This document shows, one piece after another, positions 28,306-38,395 of a stretch of DNA of 61,121 bases. Positions within the stretch are counted from its first letter, which is position 1; every line of letters begins with the position of its first letter. The translations under genes were made by a program, and so were the position numbers. The notes under the pieces were generated by a model, which was not told the origin of the DNA, did no database searches, and saw only the letters and a program-made list of their open reading frames with translations. Source of the stretch: Alphaproteobacteria bacterium (GTDB lineage Bacteria; Pseudomonadota; Alphaproteobacteria; Rickettsiales; SXRF01). The stretch spans positions 1 through 61,121 of the forward strand of contig JAGVLW010000013.1 in the NCBI GenBank assembly GCA_020054105.1. The letters are read 5' to 3'.

Positions 28306-31065
28306 GTGACCGACAATAACGCCATCAACAGCCAGGAACTTTTGCCCGTTTCCATCGAAGCGGAAATGAAAAAATCGTATCTCGATTACGCGATGAGCGT
28401 GATCGTCTCGCGCGCCATTCCCGACGTGCGCGACGGTTTGAAGCCCGTGCATCGGCGCATCCTGTTCGGCATGCTGGAGCTGGGCTGCGAATATAATAAG
28501 CCTTACAAAAAATCTGCGCGCATCGTCGGCGACGTGATGGGTAAATACCATCCGCATGGCGACTCGGCGATTTACGACGCGTTGGTGCGCATGGCGCAGC
28601 CATTCTCGATGGAGCTGATGCTGGTCGACGGCCAGGGCAATTTCGGCTCGATGGACGGCGATAATGCGGCGGCGATGCGCTATACCGAATCGCGCCTGTC
28701 GAAAGCCGCGCATGCATTGCTTGCCGACATCAATATGGATACGGTGGACTGGCAGGAAAATTATGACGGCTCCGAAAAAGAGCCGATCGTGCTGCCGGCG
28801 GCGTTTCCGAATATATTGGTCAATGGCGGCGGCGGCATCGCGGTCGGCATGGCCACCAACATTCCGCCGCATAATCTGGGCGAGGTGATCGACGCCTGCA
28901 CGATGGTGCTCGACAATCCCGACGTCACCATCGAGGAACTGATGGAAGTCTGCCCCGGCCCGGATTTCCCGACCGGCGGCACCATTCTAGGCCGCTCCGG
29001 CTGCCGTTCGGCGATGCTTACCGGCCGCGGCTCGGTGGTCATGCGCGGCAAAACCGAGATCGAAGAAATCCGCCCCGGCCGCTACGCGATCATCATCAGC
29101 GAAGTGCCCTACCAGGTCAATAAAGCCAAGCTCGTCGAACGCATCGCCGAGCTGGTGCGCGAGAAAAAAATCGAAGGCATTTCCGACCTGCGCGACGAAT
29201 CCGACAAATCGGGCGTGCGCGTGGTGGTGGAAGTCAAGAAAGAGGCGGTGCCCGACGTCGTGCTCAGCCAGCTTTACAGCTTCACGCCGCTGCAAACCAG
29301 CTTCGGCGTCAACATGCTGGCGCTCAACAACCATCGCCCGGAACTGATGAACCTGAAACAGGTGCTCGTCGCCTTCATCGCATTCCGCGAGGAAGTCATC
29401 ACCCGCCGCACCGCTTTCATGCTCGGCAAGGCGCGCGACCGCGCGCATGTGCTGGTCGGGCTGGCCATCGCTGTGGCCAATATCGACGAAGTCATCGCCG
29501 TCATCAAAGCCTCCGCCGACCCCAACGTGGCGCGCGAAGAGCTGATGCGCCGCAACTGGCCGGCCGAAGACGTATTATCGCTGCTGCAGCTGGTGGAAGA
29601 TTCCGGCAACCGCGTCAACGGCGGCAAAATTCAATTCACCGAAGCGCAGGCCCGCGCCATTTTGGAATTGCGCCTGCAACGCCTGACCGGCCTCGAGCGC
29701 GAGAAAATCGACGAGGAAATGAAAGAGCTGGCGGCGGAAATCTCCGAATATCTCTCCATCCTCGGCAACCGCGACCAGCTTTACGGCATCCTGAAAACCG
29801 AGCTGCTCGCCGCCAGGGAACAATTCGCCGTGCCCCGCCGCACGACCATCGAGCTGTCCGAATTCGAAGCCGATATCGAAGACCTCATTCAGAAAGAAGA
29901 CATGGTCGTCACCGTGACTTCCGGCGGCTACATCAAGCGCACGGCGCTTTCTGGCTACCGCGCGCAACGCCGCGGCGGCAAAGGCAAATCGGCGATGAAC
30001 GTGCGCGACGAGGACATCACCACCGAGCTGCTCGTCGTCAACACCCATACGCCGGTGCTGTTCTTCTCCAGCCACGGCAAGGTTTACAAGCTCAAAGTAT
30101 ACCGCCTGCCGCTGGGCGCCGCCAACACGCGCGGCAAGGCGCTGGTCAACATTTTCCCGCTGGTCGAAGGCGAAACCATCACCACTTTCATGCCGCTTCC
30201 GGAAGACGAAACGCTGTGGGATTCGATGCATATTTTCTTCTCCACCAGCAAAGGCAACGTCCGCCGCAACGATCTGTCGGATTTCCACGACATCCGCGCC
30301 AACGGCAAGATTGCCATCCGCCTCGACGAGGGCGACAAGCTGGTCGGCGTCAAAGTCTGCCATGAAAACGATCATATCCTGCTCGCGGCCAAGGGCGGAA
30401 AATGCATCCGCTTCCCGGCCTCCGACGTGCGCGTGTTCAAAAGCCGCACCTCCGACGGCGTGCGCGGCATGAAGCTCGCCGAGAAAGACGAAGTGGTGTC
30501 GATGAGCATCCTAAACGGCATCGAAACCACGCTCGACGAGCGCTACAGCTACCTGAAAATGGCGGCCGCCAAACGCCGCGCCGCGGGCATCGCGCAGGAT
30601 GACGAGGCGATCAGCATCAGCGACGGGCATGATAGCGAACTCAAGGAAGTGACGCTCTCCGAAGAACGCTTCCGCGAAATGGAAGCCGCCGAGCAGTTCA
30701 TCCTCACCGTCACCAAAAACGGCTATGGCAAACGCTCGTCGGCCTATGAATACCGCCTCATCGGCCGCGGCGGCTCGGGCATCGTCAACATCATCACTTC
30801 CGAGCGCAACGGCCAGGTCGTCGCCAGCCAGCCGGTCGCGCGCAGTGGCCAGATCATGCTGATGACCGACCGCGCCACGCTCATACGCTGCCCGATCGAT
30901 GACATCCGCATCGCCGCCCGCAACACCCAGGGCGTCACCATCCTCAAAACCGGCGACGGCGAGAAAGTCGTGTCGGTGGTAACCGTGCCGGAGGGGGAGG
31001 CGGGCATAAATGGTGATGACATCGGCGACCTGCCGGAAGAACCCATCGTGCAGGAAAACGGCTAA
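28306..31065 (+). CDS. gyrA: DNA gyrase subunit A
   Basis: [21 protein letters not shown], catalytic AAMRYTE, GyrA box QRRGGKG. Probable GTG start at 28306 after AGAGAG. Confidence 0.97.
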   Translation: MTDNNAINSQELLPVSIEAEMKKSYLDYAMSVIVSRAIPDVRDGLKPVHRRILFGMLELGCEYNKPYKKSARIVGDVMGKYHPHGDSAIYDALVRMAQPFSMELMLVDGQGNFGSMDGDNAAAMRYTESRLSKAAHALLADINMDTVDWQENYDGSEKEPIVLPAAFPNILVNGGGGIAVGMATNIPPHNLGEVIDACTMVLDNPDVTIEELMEVCPGPDFPTGGTILGRSGCRSAMLTGRGSVVMRGKTEIEEIRPGRYAIIISEVPYQVNKAKLVERIAELVREKKIEGISDLRDESDKSGVRVVVEVKKEAVPDVVLSQLYSFTPLQTSFGVNMLALNNHRPELMNLKQVLVAFIAFREEVITRRTAFMLGKARDRAHVLVGLAIAVANIDEVIAVIKASADPNVAREELMRRNWPAEDVLSLLQLVEDSGNRVNGGKIQFTEAQARAILELRLQRLTGLEREKIDEEMKELAAEISEYLSILGNRDQLYGILKTELLAAREQFAVPRRTTIELSEFEADIEDLIQKEDMVVTVTSGGYIKRTALSGYRAQRRGGKGKSAMNVRDEDITTELLVVNTHTPVLFFSSHGKVYKLKVYRLPLGAANTRGKALVNIFPLVEGETITTFMPLPEDETLWDSMHIFFSTSKGNVRRNDLSDFHDIRANGKIAIRLDEGDKLVGVKVCHENDHILLAAKGGKCIRFPASDVRVFKSRTSDGVRGMKLAEKDEVVSMSILNGIETTLDERYSYLKMAAAKRRAAGIAQDDEAISISDGHDSELKEVTLSEERFREMEAAEQFILTVTKNGYGKRSSAYEYRLIGRGGSGIVNIITSERNGQVVASQPVARSGQIMLMTDRATLIRCPIDDIRIAARNTQGVTILKTGDGEKVVSVVTVPEGEAGINGDDIGDLPEEPIVQENG

Positions 31066-31067
31066 AT

Positions 31068-31565
31068 ATGCGCACAGGCGTTTATCCCGGTACGTTCGAC
31101 CCGATCACGGTCGGGCATATGGACATCATCAAGCGGGCGCTCAATGTCGTCGACCGGCTGGTGATCGCGGTGGCGCTCGATACCGGCAAGGCGCCGGTTT
31201 TCGACATGGCGACGCGCGCAAGATTGGTGGAGCAGGATGTGGCGGCGCTGGGAGAAATCAGCACGCGCATCCAGGTCAAAACCTTTTCCGGCCTGCTGGT
31301 CAATTTCGCCGAGGAACACCATGCCGGGCTGCTCATCCGCGGCCTGCGCGCCGTGTCGGATTTCGAATACGAGTTCCAGATGGCCTGCATGAATTCGCGG
31401 CTCAAGCCCGATATCGAGACGGTGTTCCTGACCGCCTCCGAGGATACGCATTTCATCTCGTCGCGCTTCGTAAAGCAGATCGCTCGCCTCAGCGGCGATA
31501 TTTCCAGCTTCGTGTCAAGCAACGTGGCGCAGCATCTGCGCGCGCATTTTGCAGGGATGAATTAG
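31068..31565 (+). CDS. coaD: Phosphopantetheine adenylyltransferase
   Basis: YPGTFDPITVGH, IRGLRAVSDFEYE and ISSRFVK. Confidence 0.97.
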   Translation: MRTGVYPGTFDPITVGHMDIIKRALNVVDRLVIAVALDTGKAPVFDMATRARLVEQDVAALGEISTRIQVKTFSGLLVNFAEEHHAGLLIRGLRAVSDFEYEFQMACMNSRLKPDIETVFLTASEDTHFISSRFVKQIARLSGDISSFVSSNVAQHLRAHFAGMN

Positions 31566-31592
31566 AAAGGATGGAGATTGGTTGAACAGTCC

Positions 31593-31683
31593 CCCTACGC
31601 TCCGAAAGGAGCTTCGGAGGACACTCCTACGCCCAAGGTCGGCCTTCAGGTGGCGTAAGCCACCCGAAGCCGAAGGCGTAGGG
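31593..31683. repeat. Composite REP-like palindrome at the 3' end of tRNA-His
   Basis: Hairpin CTCCGAA/TTCGGAG, plus a nested hairpin CCTACGCC...GGCGTAGG with inner GGTGGC-gtaa-GCCACC. Confidence 0.65.
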
Positions 31684-31761
31684 TGGGGCGAGTGACGGGG
31701 GTCGAACCCGCGACATCCAGAATCACAATCTGGCGCTCTAACCAACTGAGCTACACCCGCC
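31684..31761 (-). tRNA. tRNA-His(GUG) with encoded G-1, C73 and CCA
   Basis: Minus strand reads G-GCGGGTG-TA-GCTC AGTTGGTTA GAGC-G-CCAGA TT GTG AT TCTGG-ATGTC-GCGGG TTCGACC CCCGT-CACTCGC-C-CCA. All stems pair. Confidence 0.97.
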
Positions 31762-31830
31762 ATAGTTAGGAATTGGGCTTTAGGGATTAAGGATTAGACG
31801 GTAAAAAGTCAATATAAATGACGGATTAAC

Positions 31831-32277
31831 ATGAAAAAACTCACGCAACTCGGCAAATCGGCCCGCTTGACCGCGTCGCCCGCGAAAGCGGTCATCGAAA
31901 AAGTACGCAACCCGCACAAGGGCACGGCTTACTGCGTGCGCTTCGCCTGCCCGGAATTCACGTCGATCTGCCCGATCACCGGCCAGCCGGATTTCGCGCA
32001 TCTGGTGATTGATTATGTGCCCAAGGATTTCCTGGTGGAAAGCAAGTCGCTCAAGCTGTTCTTGGGATCGTTTCGCAATCACGGCGCCTTTCACGAGGAT
32101 TGCACGGTGGCGATCGCGCTTAGGCTGATTGCCGAGATCAAGCCCGTCTGGCTGCGCATCGGCGGCTATTGGTATCCGCGCGGCGGCATTCCCATCGACG
32201 TGTTTTACCAGACCGGAGAAGCGCCGAAAGACGTGTGGATTCCGCCGCAGGAAGTTCCGGCGTACCGCGGGCGATAA
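31831..32277 (+). CDS. queF: NADPH-dependent 7-cyano-7-deazaguanine (preQ0) reductase
   Basis: [30 protein letters not shown] and [10 protein letters not shown]. Confidence 0.96.
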   Translation: MKKLTQLGKSARLTASPAKAVIEKVRNPHKGTAYCVRFACPEFTSICPITGQPDFAHLVIDYVPKDFLVESKSLKLFLGSFRNHGAFHEDCTVAIALRLIAEIKPVWLRIGGYWYPRGGIPIDVFYQTGEAPKDVWIPPQEVPAYRGR

Positions 32278-33645
32278 TCAGGCCGCCTGCTCGCTGTCGA
32301 TGTTGAGGTCGGCGATCCACGGCTCGCCGGGAATGACTTCCTGCCTGCCGATGGAGACGTAATGGAAGCCGTATTTCTGCATGTCCTGACGCTTATAGAT
32401 ATTGCGCAGATCGACGATCAGCGGCGTTCTCAGTAGGGTCTTCACTTTCTTCAAATCGAGGCTGCGAAACTCGTTCCATTCGGTAAGTATCGCCAGCGCG
32501 TCGGCATTTTCCATCGCGGCCACTGCGGTGTCACACCAGGCAATATCGCCGCGAAGCAGCTTCGCCGCTTCCTTCATGCCTTGCGGGTCATAAGCGCGGA
32601 TTTTCGCGCCGGCGGCAAGCAGGGCAGGGAGAATGACCAGACTGGCGCTTTCGCGCATGTCGTCGGTGCCGGGCTTGAATGTCAGGCCGAGTATACCGAT
32701 GGTTTTTCCGGCGACGCTGCCGCCGCAAGCGGCGATAATTTTTTCCGCCATCCGCGCCTTGCGCGCATCGTTGCTGGCGACGGTGGCTTCGACAAGGCGG
32801 CTCGGCGCGCCGGTATCGGCGGCGATGCGGCGAAGCGCACGCGTGTCTTTAGGAAAACACGAGCCGCCATAGCCCGGCCCGGCCTGCAGGAATTTATCGC
32901 CGATGCGTTTATCGAGCCCGACGCCGCGGGCGACGTCGCGTATGTTGGCGCCGACACGCTCGCAGATATCGGCCATTTCGTCGATGAAGGCAATGCGCAT
33001 CGCCAGCATGGTGTTGGCGGCGTATTTTATCATCTCGGCGCTTTCGAACGTCGTAAAGAGCAGCTTGGCGCCGTTGAGGCAGATCGGTTCGTAGAGCTTA
33101 TTCATCAGCGTTTTCGCGCGCGCGGAATCGATGCCGACCACCACGCGGTCAGGCGACATGAAGTCGGCGATCGCCGTGCCTTCGCGCAGAAATTCCGGGT
33201 TGGAGGCGACGTCGAAATCGGCATTCGGGTTGGCCTTGGCGATCATCTTGGCAATGGCGCGGTTGCTGCCTACCGGCACGGTCGATTTGATGACCACCAG
33301 CGTGTATTTGGCGATGGCGATGGCAACTTGCGCAACGACGGCGTCAAGCGCATCGGTATCAGGCAGGTCGCCGCTAGCGTCCGAAGGCGTGCCCACAGCG
33401 ACGAATACGATGTCGGCTTGCGCCACCGCGGCTGCCAGGCCGGTGGTAAAGGACAACCGCCCCGCCTGGCGATTTTTTGCCACCATCGTCTCGAGGCCTG
33501 CCTCGTAAATCGACATGATGCCTTGCTGCAGGCCGGCAATTTTATCGGCGTCGTTATCGACGCAGGTGACATTAAAGCCGAACTCCGAAAAACACACGCC
33601 GGACACCAGCCCGACATATCCCGTCCCGATCACTGCGATTTGCAT
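32278..33645 (-). CDS. ugd: UDP-glucose 6-dehydrogenase
   Basis: Start MQIAVIGTGYVGLV. SNPEFLREG, catalytic GGSCFPKD, and LTFKPGTDDMRES. Confidence 0.95.
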   Translation of the reverse strand: MQIAVIGTGYVGLVSGVCFSEFGFNVTCVDNDADKIAGLQQGIMSIYEAGLETMVAKNRQAGRLSFTTGLAAAVAQADIVFVAVGTPSDASGDLPDTDALDAVVAQVAIAIAKYTLVVIKSTVPVGSNRAIAKMIAKANPNADFDVASNPEFLREGTAIADFMSPDRVVVGIDSARAKTLMNKLYEPICLNGAKLLFTTFESAEMIKYAANTMLAMRIAFIDEMADICERVGANIRDVARGVGLDKRIGDKFLQAGPGYGGSCFPKDTRALRRIAADTGAPSRLVEATVASNDARKARMAEKIIAACGGSVAGKTIGILGLTFKPGTDDMRESASLVILPALLAAGAKIRAYDPQGMKEAAKLLRGDIAWCDTAVAAMENADALAILTEWNEFRSLDLKKVKTLLRTPLIVDLRNIYKRQDMQKYGFHYVSIGRQEVIPGEPWIADLNIDSEQAA

Positions 33646-33647
33646 AA

Positions 33648-34553
33648 TTATTTTTTCACTCCACTGCGTTCCAGCACCGCGTCCAGTTCCTTTATGACCT
33701 GCCCGCGCAGGTCTTTGCGTTCCAGCGCATAGGCGACGTTGGCCGCCACGAAGCCGGAGAGCGAGCCGCAATCGTAGCGCGTGCCTTCGAAGCGGTAGCC
33801 GTAAATATCCTGCATCCTTGCAATCGCGTCGGTCAGCTGGATTTCGCCGCCGGCGCCGGGCTGTTGCTTATCGAGCAGGGTGAATACTTCCGGCTGGAGA
33901 ATATAGCGGCCGATGATCGAAAGCGTCGACGGCGCCTTGTCGGGCGCGGGTTTTTCCACCAGCCCCTTGGCCGCGACCAGCCGCTTATCCGCCGGTTTTT
34001 TCTTGTCGTCGATATCGACGATGCCGTAGCTGGCGGTCTGCGCGCGCGGTATGTCCATGACGCCGAGGATATTGCCGCCGACCTGAGCGTACGCTCCGGC
34101 CATCTGCTGGAGGCAGGGCGTTTTCGACAGCACCATGTCGTCGGCCAGTATCACCGCGAATGGCTCGTCGCCGACCAGATGGCGGGCGCACCATACCGCG
34201 TGTCCCAGGCCGAGCGGCTCCTGCTGGCGCACGAAAATCACGTTACCGGCTTCGGGCAGCCAGTCGCTGGTCAGCTCCAGCTCTTTGCGCTTGTTGCGCG
34301 CGCCCAGCACGCTTTGCAGTTCATAGACATTGTCGAAATGGTCGTTGATGGCGTGCTTGTTGCGGCCGGTGACGAAAATAAACTGCTCGACCCCGGCGGC
34401 CTTTGCTTCCTCAAACGCATAATGAATCAATGGCTTGTCTACCACCGGCAGCATTTCCTTGGGCATGGACTTGGTGGCCGGCAAAAAGCGCGTGCCCAGC
34501 CCGCCGACCGGGAACACCGCCTTGCGAATTTTAGTATTTTTGTGGCTTTTCAT
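33648..34553 (-). CDS. galU: UTP--glucose-1-phosphate uridylyltransferase
   Basis: PVGGLGTRFLPATK..PKEMLP, RQQEPLGLGHAV and GEIQLTDA. Confidence 0.96.
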   Translation of the reverse strand: MKSHKNTKIRKAVFPVGGLGTRFLPATKSMPKEMLPVVDKPLIHYAFEEAKAAGVEQFIFVTGRNKHAINDHFDNVYELQSVLGARNKRKELELTSDWLPEAGNVIFVRQQEPLGLGHAVWCARHLVGDEPFAVILADDMVLSKTPCLQQMAGAYAQVGGNILGVMDIPRAQTASYGIVDIDDKKKPADKRLVAAKGLVEKPAPDKAPSTLSIIGRYILQPEVFTLLDKQQPGAGGEIQLTDAIARMQDIYGYRFEGTRYDCGSLSGFVAANVAYALERKDLRGQVIKELDAVLERSGVKK

Positions 34554-34732
34554 AGGTTTTTCATCGAATCAGGCTGGAGATAAGCCATAAATGCGGCAAA
34601 AGTCAAACATTATGAATTAACAAAATACTGGCGTATTTTTACGCTGCCTACGGCGCGGCCAGCGCGGCTTTCGGCCGGCGCTGGCATAGCAAGATCAAGG
34701 AATCTTGCTATAGTTCGCATGGGTATTTATGC

Positions 34733-34760
34733 TTGACAGCGGGCGTTGCATCGTTATGTT
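34733..34760 (+). promoter_or_regulatory. Putative sigma70 promoter of rpmG
   Basis: TTGACA-N16-TATGTT. Confidence 0.55.
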
Positions 34761-34794
34761 ACTTCGCTCATTGTTTTATGTAGGAATTACAATT

Positions 34795-34962
34795 ATGGCA
34801 AAGAAGAATATTGTTCTCATTAAGCTCGTTAGCTCGGCGGATACCGGGTTTTATTACGTGGCGAAAAAGAACCCGAAAACCAAGACCGAAAAACTGGCCT
34901 TCAAGAAGTACGATCCGGTCGTGCGCAAGCACGTGGTTTTCAACGAAGCCAAGATTAAATAA
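34795..34962 (+). CDS. rpmG: 50S ribosomal protein L33 (zinc-free form)
   Basis: [21 protein letters not shown]...[19 protein letters not shown]. Confidence 0.97.
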   Translation: MAKKNIVLIKLVSSADTGFYYVAKKNPKTKTEKLAFKKYDPVVRKHVVFNEAKIK

Positions 34963-34965
34963 TTC

Positions 34966-35370
34966 ATGTCCGATTTCATCACTAATGCGCTAGCCGCTGA
35001 AAAGCCCGCGCCCGCAGCCGTGCAATCGGCGACGGAAGTGCCCGCGGAATTGCCGCCGCATCTGTCTGCCGACAAAATGCTGCTCGACAATCTGATGATT
35101 CTCGGCGCGCTATTCTTCATTTTCTATTTCATCCTCATCCGCCCACAGCAAAAACGCCTCAAATTCCACCAGGCGATGCTCAAGGGCCTGGCCAAAGGCA
35201 ACAAGGTCATCACCTCCGGCGGCCTGATCGGCACGATCACGAAATTCGAAGGCAACGACATCGCCATCATCGAAGTCGCCCAGGGCGTGAAAGTCCGGGT
35301 GGCCAAATCGGCGATCACCGAAACAGTCGACGATAAAAACGCCGGCGGCGAAAGCGCCAATGACAATTGA
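34966..35370 (+). CDS. yajC: Preprotein translocase subunit YajC
   Basis: FYFILIRPQQKR and GNKVITSGGLIGTI. Confidence 0.94.
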   Translation: MSDFITNALAAEKPAPAAVQSATEVPAELPPHLSADKMLLDNLMILGALFFIFYFILIRPQQKRLKFHQAMLKGLAKGNKVITSGGLIGTITKFEGNDIAIIEVAQGVKVRVAKSAITETVDDKNAGGESANDN

Positions 35371-35406
35371 CGGTAAGCCTTAGCGGCTTCGCCGCTTGAG
35401 GGCCCC

Positions 35407-35520
35407 GTCATCCCGTGGAAGCCGTCAGCAGACGGCTGAGCACGGGATCCAGAAAAGCTAAAAGTCAGTAGACTTTTAGCGTCTATTTAAAGACTGGATC
35501 CCGGCTTTCGCCGGGATGAC
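35407..35520. repeat. Nested palindromic element resembling RPE/REP-type repeats
   Basis: GTCATCCCG...CGGGATCCAG ... CTGGATCCCGGCTTTCGCCGGGATGAC, with internal hairpins AGCCGTC/GACGGCT and GCTAAAAGTC/GACTTTTAGC. Confidence 0.8.
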
Positions 35521-35533
35521 AAAAAGGATAGCC

Positions 35534-37111
35534 ATGCTCCACTTCCCCCGCTGGAAAATCATTCTTATCGTCGGCACCTGCCTGCTATTCGTGGTGTTTG
35601 CCATTCCCAGTTTTTTAAGCGAACAAACGCGTGAGGCATTGCCGAAATGGTTGCCGCACCGCGCCGTTAGCCTTGGACTTGACCTGCAGGGCGGCTCGCA
35701 TCTGCTGCTCGAAGTTGATTTCGAGGCCTATCTGCGCGAGCAGCTGGTCAATGCCGTCGACGACGTGCGTGGCGTATTGCGCGAAAATAAAATCGGCTAT
35801 CGGGGCCTAAGCGCCGGCGACGGAAGGATCATATTTGCCTTGCGCGAGGAGAGCAGCGCCGACGTAAAACAACTCCTCTATAAACTCAACCCCGATCTCG
35901 ACGTTGCGCAGGACGGATTGAATTATACGCTAAGCTTTAATGATAAATGGCAGCAGGCCAGCCGCCAGCGCGTGCTTGAGCAGTCGCTCGAAATCGTCAG
36001 CCGCCGCGTCAACGAGACCGGCACCAAGGAGCCGATCATCCAGCGCCAGGGCGATAAGCGCATCGTGCTGCAAGTGCCCGGCCTTTCCGATCCGGAGCAT
36101 CTGAAAAACCTGCTGGGCCGCACCGCCAAAATGACTTTTCATCTGCTCGACGAGACGGTGGGCTATGAGGACATCGAGCGCGGCATCGCCCCGGCGGGCA
36201 CGCGGATTATTGTCGGCGACGATCACGACAAGCGCAGCGAGCGCCCGAACAAATACGCTGTTTTAAGCAAGGTGATGCTTTCGGGCGACCTGCTGGTCGA
36301 TGCGCATACCAGCTATGACGGGCAGACCGGCGAGCCGGTCGTCGCTTTCCGCTTCAACAATGCCGGCGCACGCAAGTTCGGTGAGATCACTGCCGCCAAT
36401 GTCGGCAAGCCTTTTGCCATCGTGCTCGATAATAAAGTCATCACCGCGCCGGTCATCCGCTCGCCGATCATCGGCGGCAGCGGCATCATCAGCGGCAATT
36501 TCACCGTGGAATCGTCCAACGATCTTTCGCTGCTGCTGCGCGCCGGCGCGCTGCCGGCGCCGCTGAAAATCATCGAGGAACGCTCGGTCGGCCCGAGCCT
36601 AGGCGCCGATTCGATTGCCGCCGGCGTGAAAGCCTCGATCATCGGCATCGCGCTGGTCATCACGTTCATGGTGGTATTTTACGGGCTGTTCGGCATGTTC
36701 GCCAACATCGCGATGCTCGTCAACGCCTTCATGACGCTCTCTCTGCTTGCCATGTTCGAGGCGACACTGACGCTGCCGGGCATCGCCGGCATTGTGCTGA
36801 CGGTCGGCATGGCGGTCGATGCCAACGTGCTTATTTACGAGCGCATGCGCGAGGAAATTCGCAACGGCAAATCGCCCTATGCAGCGGTGGAAGACGGTTT
36901 CCGCCTGGCTTTCGGCACGATCTTCGACAGCCACGTCACCACGCTGGTGGCGGCGCTGATCCTGTTCCAGTTCGGCACCGGCACGGTCAAGGGCTTTGCG
37001 GTGACGCTGGCGATCGGCATCGTCTGCTCGCTCTTTACCGCCGTTTTGGTCACGCGGCTGATGGTGGTGAGCTGGCTGAAATGGAAACGCCCGAAGACGC
37101 TGGCGATTTAG
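35534..37111 (+). CDS. secD: Protein translocase subunit SecD
   Basis: Start MLHFPRWK. LGLDLQGG, RRVNETGTKEP, LRAGALPAP, VGPSLG and DANVLIYER. No fused SecF half. Confidence 0.96.
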   Translation: MLHFPRWKIILIVGTCLLFVVFAIPSFLSEQTREALPKWLPHRAVSLGLDLQGGSHLLLEVDFEAYLREQLVNAVDDVRGVLRENKIGYRGLSAGDGRIIFALREESSADVKQLLYKLNPDLDVAQDGLNYTLSFNDKWQQASRQRVLEQSLEIVSRRVNETGTKEPIIQRQGDKRIVLQVPGLSDPEHLKNLLGRTAKMTFHLLDETVGYEDIERGIAPAGTRIIVGDDHDKRSERPNKYAVLSKVMLSGDLLVDAHTSYDGQTGEPVVAFRFNNAGARKFGEITAANVGKPFAIVLDNKVITAPVIRSPIIGGSGIISGNFTVESSNDLSLLLRAGALPAPLKIIEERSVGPSLGADSIAAGVKASIIGIALVITFMVVFYGLFGMFANIAMLVNAFMTLSLLAMFEATLTLPGIAGIVLTVGMAVDANVLIYERMREEIRNGKSPYAAVEDGFRLAFGTIFDSHVTTLVAALILFQFGTGTVKGFAVTLAIGIVCSLFTAVLVTRLMVVSWLKWKRPKTLAI

Positions 37112-37399
37112 ATGACTGGATAACCGGATGACTAGATGACTAAGAAATTATCGTGTAAAATACCTTGGTCATCTAATCATCTATTCATCTATTTTATGGG
37201 GCGATTTAGATGACTGGATAACCGGATGACTAGATGACTAAGAAATTATCGTGTAAAATACCTTGGTCATCTAATCATCTATTCATCTACTCTATGGGGC
37301 CATTTAGATGACTGGATAACCGGATGACTAGATGATTAAGAAATTATCGTGTAAAGTACCTTGGTCATCTAATCATCTATTCATCTAGTCATCTACTTT
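37103..37399. repeat. Three tandem 98-bp copies of an octamer-built palindromic element
   Basis: Copies start at 37103, 37201 and 37299. Each has degenerate TAGATGAC x4, a 27-nt loop, and degenerate GTCATCTA x3-4. The copies differ at a few positions. Confidence 0.92.
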
Positions 37400-37771
37400 A
37401 TGGACCTCAACCCTACCATCAGCAGCGGTAAAACACTGATTTCCGGCTATGGCGGCGGCGGGTTTAAAATCGGTCATGAGCGCAAGGAAGGCTCGATCAT
37501 GCTATTCGCCGGAAGCTGCCTGGCCTGGCCAGTAAACGCCGCCGGCGATATCACCGTCGCATCGCTGCAACCGCTCTGGGAAATGCCAGGCATTGAGCTG
37601 CTATTGATCGGCACGGGCATTACAATGGAGCCTATCGACGACGCCATCCACGCCCATTGCAAAAGCCGCAATATCGCCCTCGACAGCATGGATACCGGCG
37701 CCGCCTGCCGCACCTTCAATGTGCTCGCCAGCGAGGAACGCCGGGTCGCGGCAGCGGTGGTGGCGATTTAA
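37400..37771 (+). CDS. Mth938-like domain protein (NDUFAF3/AAMDC family)
   Basis: ISGYGGGGF, LLLIGTG, MDTGAACRTFNVLASEERRVAA. Confidence 0.92.
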   Translation: MDLNPTISSGKTLISGYGGGGFKIGHERKEGSIMLFAGSCLAWPVNAAGDITVASLQPLWEMPGIELLLIGTGITMEPIDDAIHAHCKSRNIALDSMDTGAACRTFNVLASEERRVAAAVVAI

Positions 37772-37867
37772 GCTATTGATATTTAATAATCCCATTTATG
37801 GAATTGTCACAGAAGCTTCATACTTGAGAGTATTTCTTTCTGCTAGAATCGGTAGGAATTATTTTTA

Positions 37868-38395
37868 ATGGTATCAAAAATGGCTGATAAAATGTCCCCG
37901 ACGTCTTCAGATGACAATATTGATCTGGGCCCTGCAAGAGAGGCCCGTATTCAGGAAATTCTTACCAAGCATCGTGGAGAGCTTGAAAGTCATTCCACGC
38001 AAGGACGCGCCAATTTACGGGCGTCTGCAGAAGCTTATACAACCTGGTACAAGGCGAATCACGCAAAGTATGATTCCTACGTTAATGAATTGATAGAGGC
38101 TATTGCAGTGTCGAATGTGAATCGTGGCACACTGGATGACGGGGACGTAAGTCCAATATTCGCTCAATTAAGTGCGCTTGTGAGCCACAGGGTCATGCGT
38201 AATTTTGTAAGTGATGATGCCAAGAATGGAGTGAATTATGCCCTACGCTCTGCCGAGCAGGAACTCCAAGACACATTCGCTCGCCAATTGGGAATAACCG
38301 AAGACGCAGCTACATTACGCGTCAATGCCATTAACGACATTGTCGACCGCAGAATGAAGCGTGTTATCGGCTATAACGGCCAGCACCACCGCTAA
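37868..38395 (+). CDS. Hypothetical protein (AT-richer orphan)
   Basis: 175 aa, apparently helical, no recognisable motif, basic C-terminus. Confidence 0.65.
   Translation: MVSKMADKMSPTSSDDNIDLGPAREARIQEILTKHRGELESHSTQGRANLRASAEAYTTWYKANHAKYDSYVNELIEAIAVSNVNRGTLDDGDVSPIFAQLSALVSHRVMRNFVSDDAKNGVNYALRSAEQELQDTFARQLGITEDAATLRVNAINDIVDRRMKRVIGYNGQHHR

Noticed and set aside
28540-28600. Quinolone-resistance substitution in GyrA
   Set aside because: HGDSAIYD retains the wild-type Ser and Asp at the positions equivalent to E. coli 83 and 87.
30480-30700. Long insertion in the GyrA C-terminal pinwheel
   Set aside because: An insertion at this position is usual in alphaproteobacterial GyrA, and no repeat structure is visible in the DNA.
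37103-37399. CRISPR array
   Set aside because: The units are near-identical over their whole 98 bp, so there are no unique spacers, and there are no cas genes.
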